Of a DNA stretch of 32,000 nucleotides, positions 18,352 through 26,185 are shown piece by piece; within the stretch, counting starts at the first letter, position 1; each line of letters begins with the position of its first letter. The stretch is taken from contig CP178758.1 of assembly GCA_047651235.1 (NCBI GenBank), forward strand, positions 870,001 to 902,000. Direction: 5' to 3'. Source of the stretch: Candidatus Electrothrix yaqonensis. GTDB lineage: Bacteria; Desulfobacterota; Desulfobulbia; Desulfobulbales; Desulfobulbaceae. The notes under the pieces were generated by a model, which did no database searches, was not told the origin of the DNA, and worked only from the letters and a program-made list of their open reading frames with translations. Position numbers and translations under genes: made by a program.

Positions 18352-20269
18352 TGGAAATACTGCGTCGTATTGCCAGATGAGAAAAAACAACCACAAAAAA
18401 CAGAGAAGAACAGATACCCAGCACCTTGCTGATATCAGTGTCAGAAGGGAGAAGAATGATAAAAAACAGAATGATACTTACCACGATCAGCGGTGTAAGG
18501 TTGGAAATGAAGGCATTGATAAAAACTCTTCGTATACCGATATGATAGGATAATACCGGCAGGTCATTATGTTGGTAACCCTTTGTTGTAAAAAAATCTG
18601 TTTTTTTATCTCTTTTTGAAAAGGCAAAAAACGTTTTGGTCACTTCCCAGCCGGGAAGATCGATTTTTTCGTTCAGTCCGGGAAAGAGTACTGATGCCCC
18701 GAAATGTTCGCTGTCAAAATCAGGCACAAAAACTACCCGATCACTTTTTCGGGAGAACATCTGTATGGTCAGCTCCTCGATTTCCAGAGGATACTTTGCA
18801 GAGGAGATATAGGCCGGTATGGTGGCATGAAAGCTGGACAGAACGACTTTTTCATCCTTCGTCTCCCTGATGTCCAGACTGCCGATAGTCTGTTGCTTGG
18901 CCGGAAAAAAATGAATATTGCTCAGGTCATCATGAAAGTCGGCCGGATACCGCCGCCATATATGTCCGGACATGGACAGCTCGTTTGCAGTGGAAAAATC
19001 CAGTGTTTCAATATAAATCCCCGTAGGAATAAAAATTGGCCTGTCAGGATCTTTTTCCTGATAACGCTGCGTATAGTACACTGTTTGTTTTTCCACAGCC
19101 TGCTTGTTTTTCAGCTCCCTGGCCTCGGGATATGGTTTTTTATAGTACGTCAAAGAGGTTTTCCAGATTATGCCGATACCGGCTGCCAGGATCAGCGATA
19201 GCGCAGCAACAAAACGCCAGGCAACTTCTTTGGATAGCACTCTGTTTTCCTGACACCTGATCTGGATCAGAATCAGCAGGGTGGTCAGAAAAACAACCGC
19301 GCAGCAGACCATCAGAATGAGTCGATGCCGTAATTTATCTCTATTGATGACGATATCGTTTTTCATAAAGGTATTCTGCACAGACCAGCCGGAACTCGGC
19401 ACAGGCTCGGCAATCAGCCAGGACGCCTCACCGGTTGTCGTGCTTGTATGATCCAGAACCGCGCTCTCACCGAGCTTCGCCTTTTCTGCGAGTTCCAGTC
19501 TGTTGGAATCGTCTTTTATTTTCGCAATCTGCTGCAGCGTCTTTCCCGAAACAACATATTCTTTCTTCGGATGATAAAGATATGTCCCTGCAGCAGTTGT
19601 CAGACCGCCGAATCCTTTCCCGGAGCTTTCCACAGTCTTCTGCATGACAGTATTGAAATATTCCAGAGAAAGGTCTACAGCGACAACACCGGCAGGTTTC
19701 TTCTCCGCGCCGTCCTGCTCCGGCTGATAAAACAGGGCGGAATAGGTTACCATGCGGACATTGCGGGCTGTATCCCAATACGGTTCACTCCAGCTGTTTT
19801 TTTTCTCCTGAACAGGCGCCAGATACCAGCAGGAAAAGTAATCATCAATTTCATCATTCTTAACAGCCGTTACCGCAGCATCCTCCTGTCCGTTTTTCCC
19901 ATGCCAGCCTGCAGAATATAATTTCATTTCCGATGTATAGGCAGGAGGTTGAAAGACAATTCCTGCCCCGGCAAAGGCTGAATTCTCTTTGAGTACTTTG
20001 CGCAGTTTCTTGCCAGCTACTTCTTTTACAGCCTTATCCGTCTTTTTTTGAGATTTCAGATCAGCTGTTATCTCTGCAGCAACAGATTCAGCAGAATCCA
20101 TGACCTGCCGGGCAAGAGTATCCAGCTCCTGTGCCGCTCTCAGGGTTATTGCCTGAAAATTATTTTTTGATTTTCTATACACCTTTTCTTTATAAAAAAC
20201 GTAATCATATATCATAAAGACCATGCCGGACAGACTTAACAGACAAACGAAAATTAAGAATCTACGCAT
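18347..20269 (-). CDS. dCache sensor fused to a pentameric ligand-gated ion channel (pLGIC/GLIC-like), truncated after M2 by a MITE
   Basis: ATG at 20269 with AGGAG 7 nt upstream. N-terminal TM, then Cache motifs (CWYLAPVQEKKNSWSEPYWDTARNVRMVTYSALF, AGVVAVDLSLEYF, GFGGLTTAAGTYLYHP). Two TMs, then a GLIC-like ECD (PIFIPTGIYIETLDF, AKYPLEIEELTIQMFS) and M1-M2 (LSYHIGIRRVFINAFISNLTPLIVV...). Confidence 0.7.
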   Translation of the reverse strand: MRRFLIFVCLLSLSGMVFMIYDYVFYKEKVYRKSKNNFQAITLRAAQELDTLARQVMDSAESVAAEITADLKSQKKTDKAVKEVAGKKLRKVLKENSAFAGAGIVFQPPAYTSEMKLYSAGWHGKNGQEDAAVTAVKNDEIDDYFSCWYLAPVQEKKNSWSEPYWDTARNVRMVTYSALFYQPEQDGAEKKPAGVVAVDLSLEYFNTVMQKTVESSGKGFGGLTTAAGTYLYHPKKEYVVSGKTLQQIAKIKDDSNRLELAEKAKLGESAVLDHTSTTTGEASWLIAEPVPSSGWSVQNTFMKNDIVINRDKLRHRLILMVCCAVVFLTTLLILIQIRCQENRVLSKEVAWRFVAALSLILAAGIGIIWKTSLTYYKKPYPEARELKNKQAVEKQTVYYTQRYQEKDPDRPIFIPTGIYIETLDFSTANELSMSGHIWRRYPADFHDDLSNIHFFPAKQQTIGSLDIRETKDEKVVLSSFHATIPAYISSAKYPLEIEELTIQMFSRKSDRVVFVPDFDSEHFGASVLFPGLNEKIDLPGWEVTKTFFAFSKRDKKTDFFTTKGYQHNDLPVLSYHIGIRRVFINAFISNLTPLIVVSIILFFIILLPSDTDISKVLGICSSLFFVVVFSHLAIRRSISI

Positions 20270-20401
20270 TGCATTGCTCCTGAGTATATTTTTAAACAAA
20301 ATAGTCCTTTAACTTTAGTTTCCTTTCTTCTGTAAAAAGAAGAATTGTAGACTGTGCGCGATGTCCTGCTGCAAACAGAAAAATATAAAAAACAAGACAG
20401 G

Positions 20402-20519
20402 TAGGAGTTACGCAGTTGGATTTACAACCCGTTGATTTTGTTCAACTGACGGTTTGCAGCTCTAACAAGCGAACCTATTGTAACAACTGCGCTTCCTGTT
20501 TTCAACTGCGTAACTCCTA
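20402..20519. mobile_element. 118-bp MITE with 17-bp perfect TIR and 5-bp target duplication
   Basis: TAGGAGTTACGCAGTTG (20402-20418) is the exact complement of CAACTGCGTAACTCCTA (20503-20519). It is flanked on both sides by ACAGG (20397-20401 and 20520-20524). Confidence 0.65.
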
Positions 20520-20756
20520 ACAGGGTAAAAAATATTGTATCCTGTTTAAATTAACAACAAAACGATAACAATTGTCAAGGAATGTTACAATGTTGCTGCC
20601 AAAGGGGCAGGGCAGGGCAGCTCAGGTCGGCAGGTAAATTAAACAGGAGGGGAAACTGACGTTTTGATGCGGCGGTCCGGGGAATCACCCCGGACATGAA
20701 AAGCAGGTTAGCAGGTTAATTCAGGGGGGAGAGTGCTCTCAGGAAGCAGGAGGAAA

Positions 20757-21041
20757 TCAGTTCTGACTCTGAGCCTCACCTGGTTTTTTCTTGTCGGTTT
20801 TCTGCGTCTTACGGGCAGCCTCAAGTTCCTCTTGCAGCTTGCCAGCCTCCATCAATCTTTTGAGTTCCTCTTTTGCGTTCTGTTCTGCTTTTGCCTCGAA
20901 CTTGCGAGCCATATTTTCCAGTTCCTGCTCAACAATCTGCGGCTTCCCGTTCTGCGCTTCCTGTGCATCGGCAGACAAAGCAACGGAGAACGGGACCAAC
21001 AAGACGATTGACATTGCCGCTGCTGCGAATACTTTTTTCAT
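20757..21041 (-). CDS. small secreted charged/coiled-coil protein
   Basis: AGGAGAAAGAG SD, then MKKVFAAAAMSIVLLVPFSVALSADA (signal peptide), followed by a Lys/Glu-rich helix. No family recognised. Confidence 0.55.
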   Translation of the reverse strand: MKKVFAAAAMSIVLLVPFSVALSADAQEAQNGKPQIVEQELENMARKFEAKAEQNAKEELKRLMEAGKLQEELEAARKTQKTDKKKPGEAQSQN

Positions 21042-21216
21042 ACTCTTTCTCCTCATCTTTCTTCCTCCTCTGATATCACATGATGTCCATGCAATACCGC
21101 TCACACGGTACGGAAAAGTAAAAAAATCAGATACCTGTCACTGTCACCGCAGACTCTGAACCTTTTATCTGTTACCCGCTCCGTCCCGTAAAACAAAGGG
21201 TTGTATCGTTCTGCCG

Positions 21217-23577
21217 CTAATACGGCCGCATCGTCCAGATACCACAGGGGCAGGTGTCGGCGCAGAAGCCGCAGGCAATGCACTTGTTATCATCAGACAC
21301 ATACTTGTAGTTCACGCCGTCCACTGCCTGCTCATCAGGAATTTCCTGGCGGGAAATAGCGTGGGTCGGGCACATGGTCTCGCAGAGATGACAGTCCCGG
21401 CAGGCACCGCAGCTCAGGCAGCGGGCTGCCTGCTGGTTTTCCGTATCCCCCTTTTCCTCTGCCGGGTCGTAATGGGCAATGGTCAGAGTCTCGTACTGAA
21501 TAAGTTTCTTGGCAAAGGGCTGCCAGGTCTCATTGTTGATGGCTGCCACCAGATACTCTGCTGTCCGCTTGGCCGCGCCTAGGGCATTGGTGGCTAGACC
21601 AGGCCGTTCCACATCGCCCACAGCCAGAATTTTTTCATCGCTGGTCCGGCCTGCCTCATCGGTTTTGATCCACGAACCACCGGCAATTTCCATAACCTCA
21701 ACGCTGTCCGGCAGGAAAGGTAGACTGGGCACATCGCCGATGGAGATGATCACGGTCTGGGCCGGAAGCAGCTCGTCCTTATCCGTGACCAGCCCTTCTT
21801 CCGTGATTTCCTTGGTCATGATCGGCCACTTGAACACCGCCCCCAGAGCCTCGGCTGCCTCACGCTCCTTGCCGAAAGCCAGCGGCTTCTGGATATCTAC
21901 CAAGGTTACTTCCTCGGCACCGAGGCGATAACATTCAGCTGCCACGTCACAGCCCACATTGCCTGCCCCGATGATGACCACCTGCCTGCCGGTGGTCATC
22001 GGTTCCTCACTCTTGGCCGCCTTGAGGTAATCCAGGGCCGGGATAACCCGCTCATGGCCGGAAAAAGGAATGGTCTTGGGCTGATGGGTACCCACTGCGA
22101 CAATGATGTACTCGTACTCGTTCTTCAGCTCCTCCAGCTTTTCCCTGGTCATGTTCACGCCGAGATGAACTTTGATCAGGTCATTTTTGCGGAAACGTTC
22201 CACCTCCATATCCCAGATTGCCTTGGACAGCCGCTCCCAGGGAATAGTCTGGGCCAGTTTGCCGCCCAGCTCATTGCTCCGTTCATAAATATGGACCTCA
22301 ATACCGGCCAGGGCCAGATGCCAAGCCGCACCCATCCCGGCCGGTCCTCCGCCGATGATTGCCACCTTATGGCCGGTGGCCGGTTCGGAAGGGGGAGGAT
22401 CAACATTGTGCACTGCCTGCCCGAGTACGGCAACATCAATGGAGTAGTCCACCTTTTTCCGGGAGCAGTTCTGGATGCAGAGATTGGGGCAGATGGTGCC
22501 GCAGACCGAAGCCGGGAAAGGCGTGTAGCGCAGCAGCATCTCGTAGGCTTCGTCGTTCCGCCCCTCGCGGATCAGCCGCAGCCGGTCGATGGTCGGGATG
22601 TGCATGGGGCAGTAATAGGTGCAGGGCGCGGCAGAATCACGGTTGACCCAGTAGGGCCTGCGCCGCCGCATTTCGCCGGTCTCTACCACGCCGACAACTG
22701 ACCGGTCCAGTCCCGGCGCCAAGTCACGCAGCGGGTCGCCGCCGCCGAAGCCGTTGTTCCAGATGCGATGGGCAAACTCGGCCATAGGCATGGGGCCGGA
22801 AAACATCAGGGCCCGTTCCTGAGCAGTTACTGCAGTGAGCAGATTCCATTCCTCACGCCTGCTCATAGTCTCCAGCAATTCCGGACGACCGATGGCCTCC
22901 AGATAGCCGGACATTCTGTCCATAAGCCACTGCCATTCCTCGTCGTTCGGCTGGGTCAGCTTGGCGTTGGTCCGGGAATAGCTGTCATCGGTCTCGCCCC
23001 GAAAATAGACTGTCCCACCGACCATACCCACGCAGGGACGGTAGCCGAGCACATTGTCGGGATTCTTGGCTTCATGGCCGCAGATGACGCCGATGCCGCC
23101 GCAGTTGAATTCGGCAAAGGTATCTCCCACAGAGCCGAGCACCCACATCTCCGGCTTTTCATAATCCGGATTCCACTTGGTCATGGTCAGGCCGCGCGCC
23201 CCGATGGACCCGCCGATCATTACCCGCCCCCCGGCCATGGCGTTGCAGACCCCGTTGGTGGCATCGCCCTTGACAATGATATCCGCGCCGATATTCAGGT
23301 AGCCCACGTCGTCCGAGGCTGACCCTTCGCAGATAACTGTTGCACCGGGCATTCCCATACAGCCTACCCGCTGGCCCACCGGTCCTTTCACCTGGATAGT
23401 CAAGGGACGTTCCAAGTTACCGAGCCGCAGACCGATATTATGCTGGCCAAAGGATTCCAGGATCAGCTCGTCAGCATCAACGGCTGCACCGCGCACCTCT
23501 TCTTCAAATATTTTGGACGTCAGCCGCAGACCCTTTGCGTCCGTGCCGCTTATGGTAATTGTTTTTCGCTCGCTCAT
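21217..23577 (-). CDS. glutamate synthase GXGXG domain fused to GltD-like FAD/NAD(P)H oxidoreductase and 2x[4Fe-4S] ferredoxin
   Basis: N-terminal GXGXG beta-helix repeats (GPVGQRVGCMGMPGATVICEGSASDDVGYLNIGADIIVKGDATNGV...). Dinucleotide folds VAIIGGGPAGMGAAW and VVIIGAGNVGCDVA. C-terminal CLSCGACRDCHLCETMCP and CIACGFCADTCP. Confidence 0.9.
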   Translation of the reverse strand: MSERKTITISGTDAKGLRLTSKIFEEEVRGAAVDADELILESFGQHNIGLRLGNLERPLTIQVKGPVGQRVGCMGMPGATVICEGSASDDVGYLNIGADIIVKGDATNGVCNAMAGGRVMIGGSIGARGLTMTKWNPDYEKPEMWVLGSVGDTFAEFNCGGIGVICGHEAKNPDNVLGYRPCVGMVGGTVYFRGETDDSYSRTNAKLTQPNDEEWQWLMDRMSGYLEAIGRPELLETMSRREEWNLLTAVTAQERALMFSGPMPMAEFAHRIWNNGFGGGDPLRDLAPGLDRSVVGVVETGEMRRRRPYWVNRDSAAPCTYYCPMHIPTIDRLRLIREGRNDEAYEMLLRYTPFPASVCGTICPNLCIQNCSRKKVDYSIDVAVLGQAVHNVDPPPSEPATGHKVAIIGGGPAGMGAAWHLALAGIEVHIYERSNELGGKLAQTIPWERLSKAIWDMEVERFRKNDLIKVHLGVNMTREKLEELKNEYEYIIVAVGTHQPKTIPFSGHERVIPALDYLKAAKSEEPMTTGRQVVIIGAGNVGCDVAAECYRLGAEEVTLVDIQKPLAFGKEREAAEALGAVFKWPIMTKEITEEGLVTDKDELLPAQTVIISIGDVPSLPFLPDSVEVMEIAGGSWIKTDEAGRTSDEKILAVGDVERPGLATNALGAAKRTAEYLVAAINNETWQPFAKKLIQYETLTIAHYDPAEEKGDTENQQAARCLSCGACRDCHLCETMCPTHAISRQEIPDEQAVDGVNYKYVSDDNKCIACGFCADTCPCGIWTMRPY

Positions 23578-23588
23578 AGGTATAAGGA

Positions 23589-24314
23589 TCAGTGATTATG
23601 GGCTGCCCGCCCGTGTATCTGTTCTTCTTTCATTATCCGGATAATCCGTTCATCAAGGCAGGAACGGAGAAAAACGTTCATTTGCTGCTGGTCGCCGCTT
23701 TCATAAAAAGTGAGCATCAGCTGATTGAATTCCAGTTGCCGCTTCGCCGGAAGGTTAATCGCCGGGTAGCCGTGAGTCAGCAGGAAACCGTTCATCATAA
23801 ACCGGCCCGTACGTTTATTGACATCATAGAAAAACTGACATCGGGCCATAGTCAGAAAAAAATGAATGGCCCGGTCATAGACATCAGCAATTTCTTCGGC
23901 CTGTTCGAGCATTTTGTTAAACAGATCCGTCAGCTGCTCTGCCGGAGGCGGCATGTATTCAGTTCCCGCAATGGTTACGCCACCGGAGCGGAACTTTCCC
24001 CATTCCAAGGCATCTTCTTTGGCCGCAATCCCATGCAGCGTACAGGCTATCTCGGCACTAACAGTAAACCGGTCGTTCTTCACCAAGGCAAAGACTTCCT
24101 GCCAGGCATTGGACTGATTCAGGACAATCTGCTGATCACTCAACTTATGACCGCCAACGGTTATGCCGTCCAGCAGGGTCTGTACTTCCGGCAGGGTATA
24201 GTTGAGCCCCTCAAGATTAACCGCATCGCAAACCAATTCGGATAATTGCCGCTTGGCCAGCATCATGGCCTTGGCCCGGTTCGGCGGCATGTGCCAGTGG
24301 GAATCTATCATCAA
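23589..24314 (-). CDS. Fic/DOC family protein with degenerate active-site motif
   Basis: Fic-fold pattern (NLEGLNYTLPEVQTLLDG..., LHGIAAKEDALEWGKFRSGGVTIAG). The HPFxDGNGRxxR motif reads QFFYDVNKRTGR, so His is replaced by Gln and both Gly are lost. Confidence 0.75.
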   Translation of the reverse strand: MMIDSHWHMPPNRAKAMMLAKRQLSELVCDAVNLEGLNYTLPEVQTLLDGITVGGHKLSDQQIVLNQSNAWQEVFALVKNDRFTVSAEIACTLHGIAAKEDALEWGKFRSGGVTIAGTEYMPPPAEQLTDLFNKMLEQAEEIADVYDRAIHFFLTMARCQFFYDVNKRTGRFMMNGFLLTHGYPAINLPAKRQLEFNQLMLTFYESGDQQQMNVFLRSCLDERIIRIMKEEQIHGRAAHNH

Positions 24315-24328
24315 CCTGAAAAATTCCG

Positions 24329-24820
24329 TCAGTTAAATTTCCACTTCTTATATTGCAGGCTGACAGGACTTTTTGTAAAATCCGAACGGGTCATCTGTCC
24401 ATCAACGGAAAAATGACTGACGGTTCCGTCATCCGCGCAGAGCCATACCTCCACAGCTCCTTTGGCGAGATACAGTTGTATTTTTTCTTCCATTTCTTCC
24501 CGGCTGTTGGACGGGCTGACGATTTCAATGCATATTTCCGGTGCTTCTTCATACGGGGTTGCCTCGCCGTTCCGCTGCATAAATTCTTCTGAAGCCCAGG
24601 CGACATCAGCAACCTTCACGCCGTCATCAGTCTTGATGGAGCATTCGACGATCACACGCCCAGCGGGAAGTTTCCTGCGGAGGTAATAAACAGCCTCTGA
24701 CTGGAGAATGCCGTGATGATTGCTGGCCGGGCTCATCAGAATTTTCCCCCATTTATTCAGCTCAATCTTAAAGGGGAGATTCTGAAGATACGGATTCGCT
24801 ATGACGCTTGCCCAGTCCAT
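24329..24820 (-). CDS. Uma2 family (DUF820) PD-(D/E)XK endonuclease
   Basis: VADVAWASEEF...APEICIEIVSPSNSREEMEEKIQLYLAKGAVEVWL is the Uma2 signature (D...E-I-x-S-P-S...K...Y...G...E-x-W). Confidence 0.85.
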   Translation of the reverse strand: MDWASVIANPYLQNLPFKIELNKWGKILMSPASNHHGILQSEAVYYLRRKLPAGRVIVECSIKTDDGVKVADVAWASEEFMQRNGEATPYEEAPEICIEIVSPSNSREEMEEKIQLYLAKGAVEVWLCADDGTVSHFSVDGQMTRSDFTKSPVSLQYKKWKFN

Positions 24821-24841
24821 TACTGTTTGCTCTGCCAGTAT

Positions 24842-25186
24842 TCAGTCTGTTTTTTCATACAGTATTTTTCCAGTCTTCTTTATTTCATTGCAAAAAGAGC
24901 TTTTATTTTTCTGGATGATATCGTACTCACCCTTTTGTATATACGAGTAGATCAATGGGAATTTTTTTACTCAATTTATAAATTTTCTTGCGGACCAACA
25001 TCTTATTCCGCATCTTCTCGGCATAATTTTTTGCTATTCCAAGAGAGTCCAGCACGACGAGTAAATCAAGGTCGCTGTCCTCTGTAAAGGAATCGCCAGC
25101 ATATGAGCCGAACAAAATTATTTGATAGGGATCAGTCTTCCTGATATTTTTTACTATTTCAGGAAGATATTTTTTTTATCTTCCAT
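24842..25186 (-). pseudogene. MNT/Pol-beta-type nucleotidyltransferase, two frameshifts at homopolymers
   Basis: The ATG at 25186 abuts the protease stop. Frame is lost at the A8 run (plus-strand T8, 25170-25177); A9 would give MEDKKKYLPEIVKNIRKTDPYQIILFGSYAGDSFTEDSDLDLLVVLD. A second shift at GGG (24930-24932) separates ...LLVYTKG from EYDIIQKNKSSFCNEIKKTGKILYEKTD*. Confidence 0.7.
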
Positions 25187-26113
25187 TTATTTTTCCTTCA
25201 AAACAAAATTTATACTATGGTCACCTTTCCCCACAATTGAGACTTCTTTTTCAAGATAATACCAGCATACCATTTCGAAAAGATTCATAAATTGATAAAT
25301 CGAATTGGCCAAGTTGTACTCATCTGTATCTTTTTTTACAATTGTCTTTCCTAATAACTGTTCTGACTCATCAACATCAATAACAAATGAATGATCCTTA
25401 TAATGATTAGTAAAATGATCTCCTAAACTTTCGGGGGTTGAACCAGATGGGAGTTTTTTATTACTTAATAACCTAGAAGCATATTGAGCGGCAGATTCAT
25501 TGACCCTTTCAAAATACCCTAAAACAGAAAGACTGAGATTATCCTTTAGAAAACGACTAAACATTTCAGATGACTTCGGATATTCAGAAGAAAGTTCAGC
25601 TATTTTTCTCAGAGCATTGGACATTGCTACAGCAGGAAGTTTGTTTATTTGAGGATCTATCGGTCCTATTTCGCTCATAAGGCCCATATGAATCTCATCG
25701 GCTCCTAATGAAATAAGAGTTGCTGCTGACTTAGCACGCCTTGGGATAGCAACACTAAACTTTTTCTTTGCAAGTCTTTTACATGATTTACTAATCAAAT
25801 ATGCTGGCTCAATGCTTCCGCCACGACTGTGAATAATTAACAAAACATCAATTTGTTTTTCTACACTACTAAGAGCCCGATAAATAGCATCCGAATGATT
25901 ATGGCTTATTGAACGATTATCGTCATATAAAAAAATTATATTATATTTCTTCTCAAGACCAGATGACCTAATCAAAGAATCAATATGACCAAGAACGGTA
26001 TTCTTAATAAACTCTTCATTTTCCTTGTGATTTTGAACCAGATTAATCACCTCTGAAAAATCATCAAGATCAAGTTTTTCTTCTTCTTGTTCTACTTCCT
26101 CTTTTTCAGGCAT
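25187..26113 (-). CDS. SDH-family Clp-fold serine protease
   Basis: LLIIHSRGGSIEPAYLISKSCKR...VAIPRRAKSAATLISLGADEIHMGLMSEIGPIDPQ matches the SDH/ClpP-fold serine proteinase core as I recall it. Acidic N-terminus. Markedly AT-rich (~32% GC in a sampled line). Confidence 0.7.
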   Translation of the reverse strand: MPEKEEVEQEEEKLDLDDFSEVINLVQNHKENEEFIKNTVLGHIDSLIRSSGLEKKYNIIFLYDDNRSISHNHSDAIYRALSSVEKQIDVLLIIHSRGGSIEPAYLISKSCKRLAKKKFSVAIPRRAKSAATLISLGADEIHMGLMSEIGPIDPQINKLPAVAMSNALRKIAELSSEYPKSSEMFSRFLKDNLSLSVLGYFERVNESAAQYASRLLSNKKLPSGSTPESLGDHFTNHYKDHSFVIDVDESEQLLGKTIVKKDTDEYNLANSIYQFMNLFEMVCWYYLEKEVSIVGKGDHSINFVLKEK

Positions 26114-26141
26114 TCTTTTCCTTTAAAATAACACGTTGTAA

Positions 26142-26172
26142 TGCACCGCCTCATTCTTGGTAAGGCGGTGCA
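26142..26172. other. 9-bp perfect hairpin at the island/operon junction
   Basis: TGCACCGCC-13 nt-GGCGGTGCA lies between the stop of the FMN-domain gene (26186) and the protease start (26113). The T/A runs are on the wrong side for a canonical terminator on the gene strand. Confidence 0.35.
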
Positions 26173-26185
26173 GAAAAAACAACTG

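Noticed and set aside
20733-21159. Plus-strand ORFs (92, 122 and 66 aa) overlapping the small secreted protein gene
   Set aside because: These are low-complexity Ser/Leu/Phe-rich translations opposite a minus-strand ORF that has a good SD and signal peptide.
21361-23322. Several plus-strand ORFs (73-215 aa) opposite the GXGXG-GltD gene
   Set aside because: They are shadow ORFs in a high-GC gene. The minus-strand frame carries Rossmann and Fe-S motifs.
23592-24245. 217-aa plus-strand ORF opposite the Fic-like gene
   Set aside because: The minus-strand frame shows the Fic-fold pattern and operon-consistent spacing. The plus-strand product has no recognisable features.
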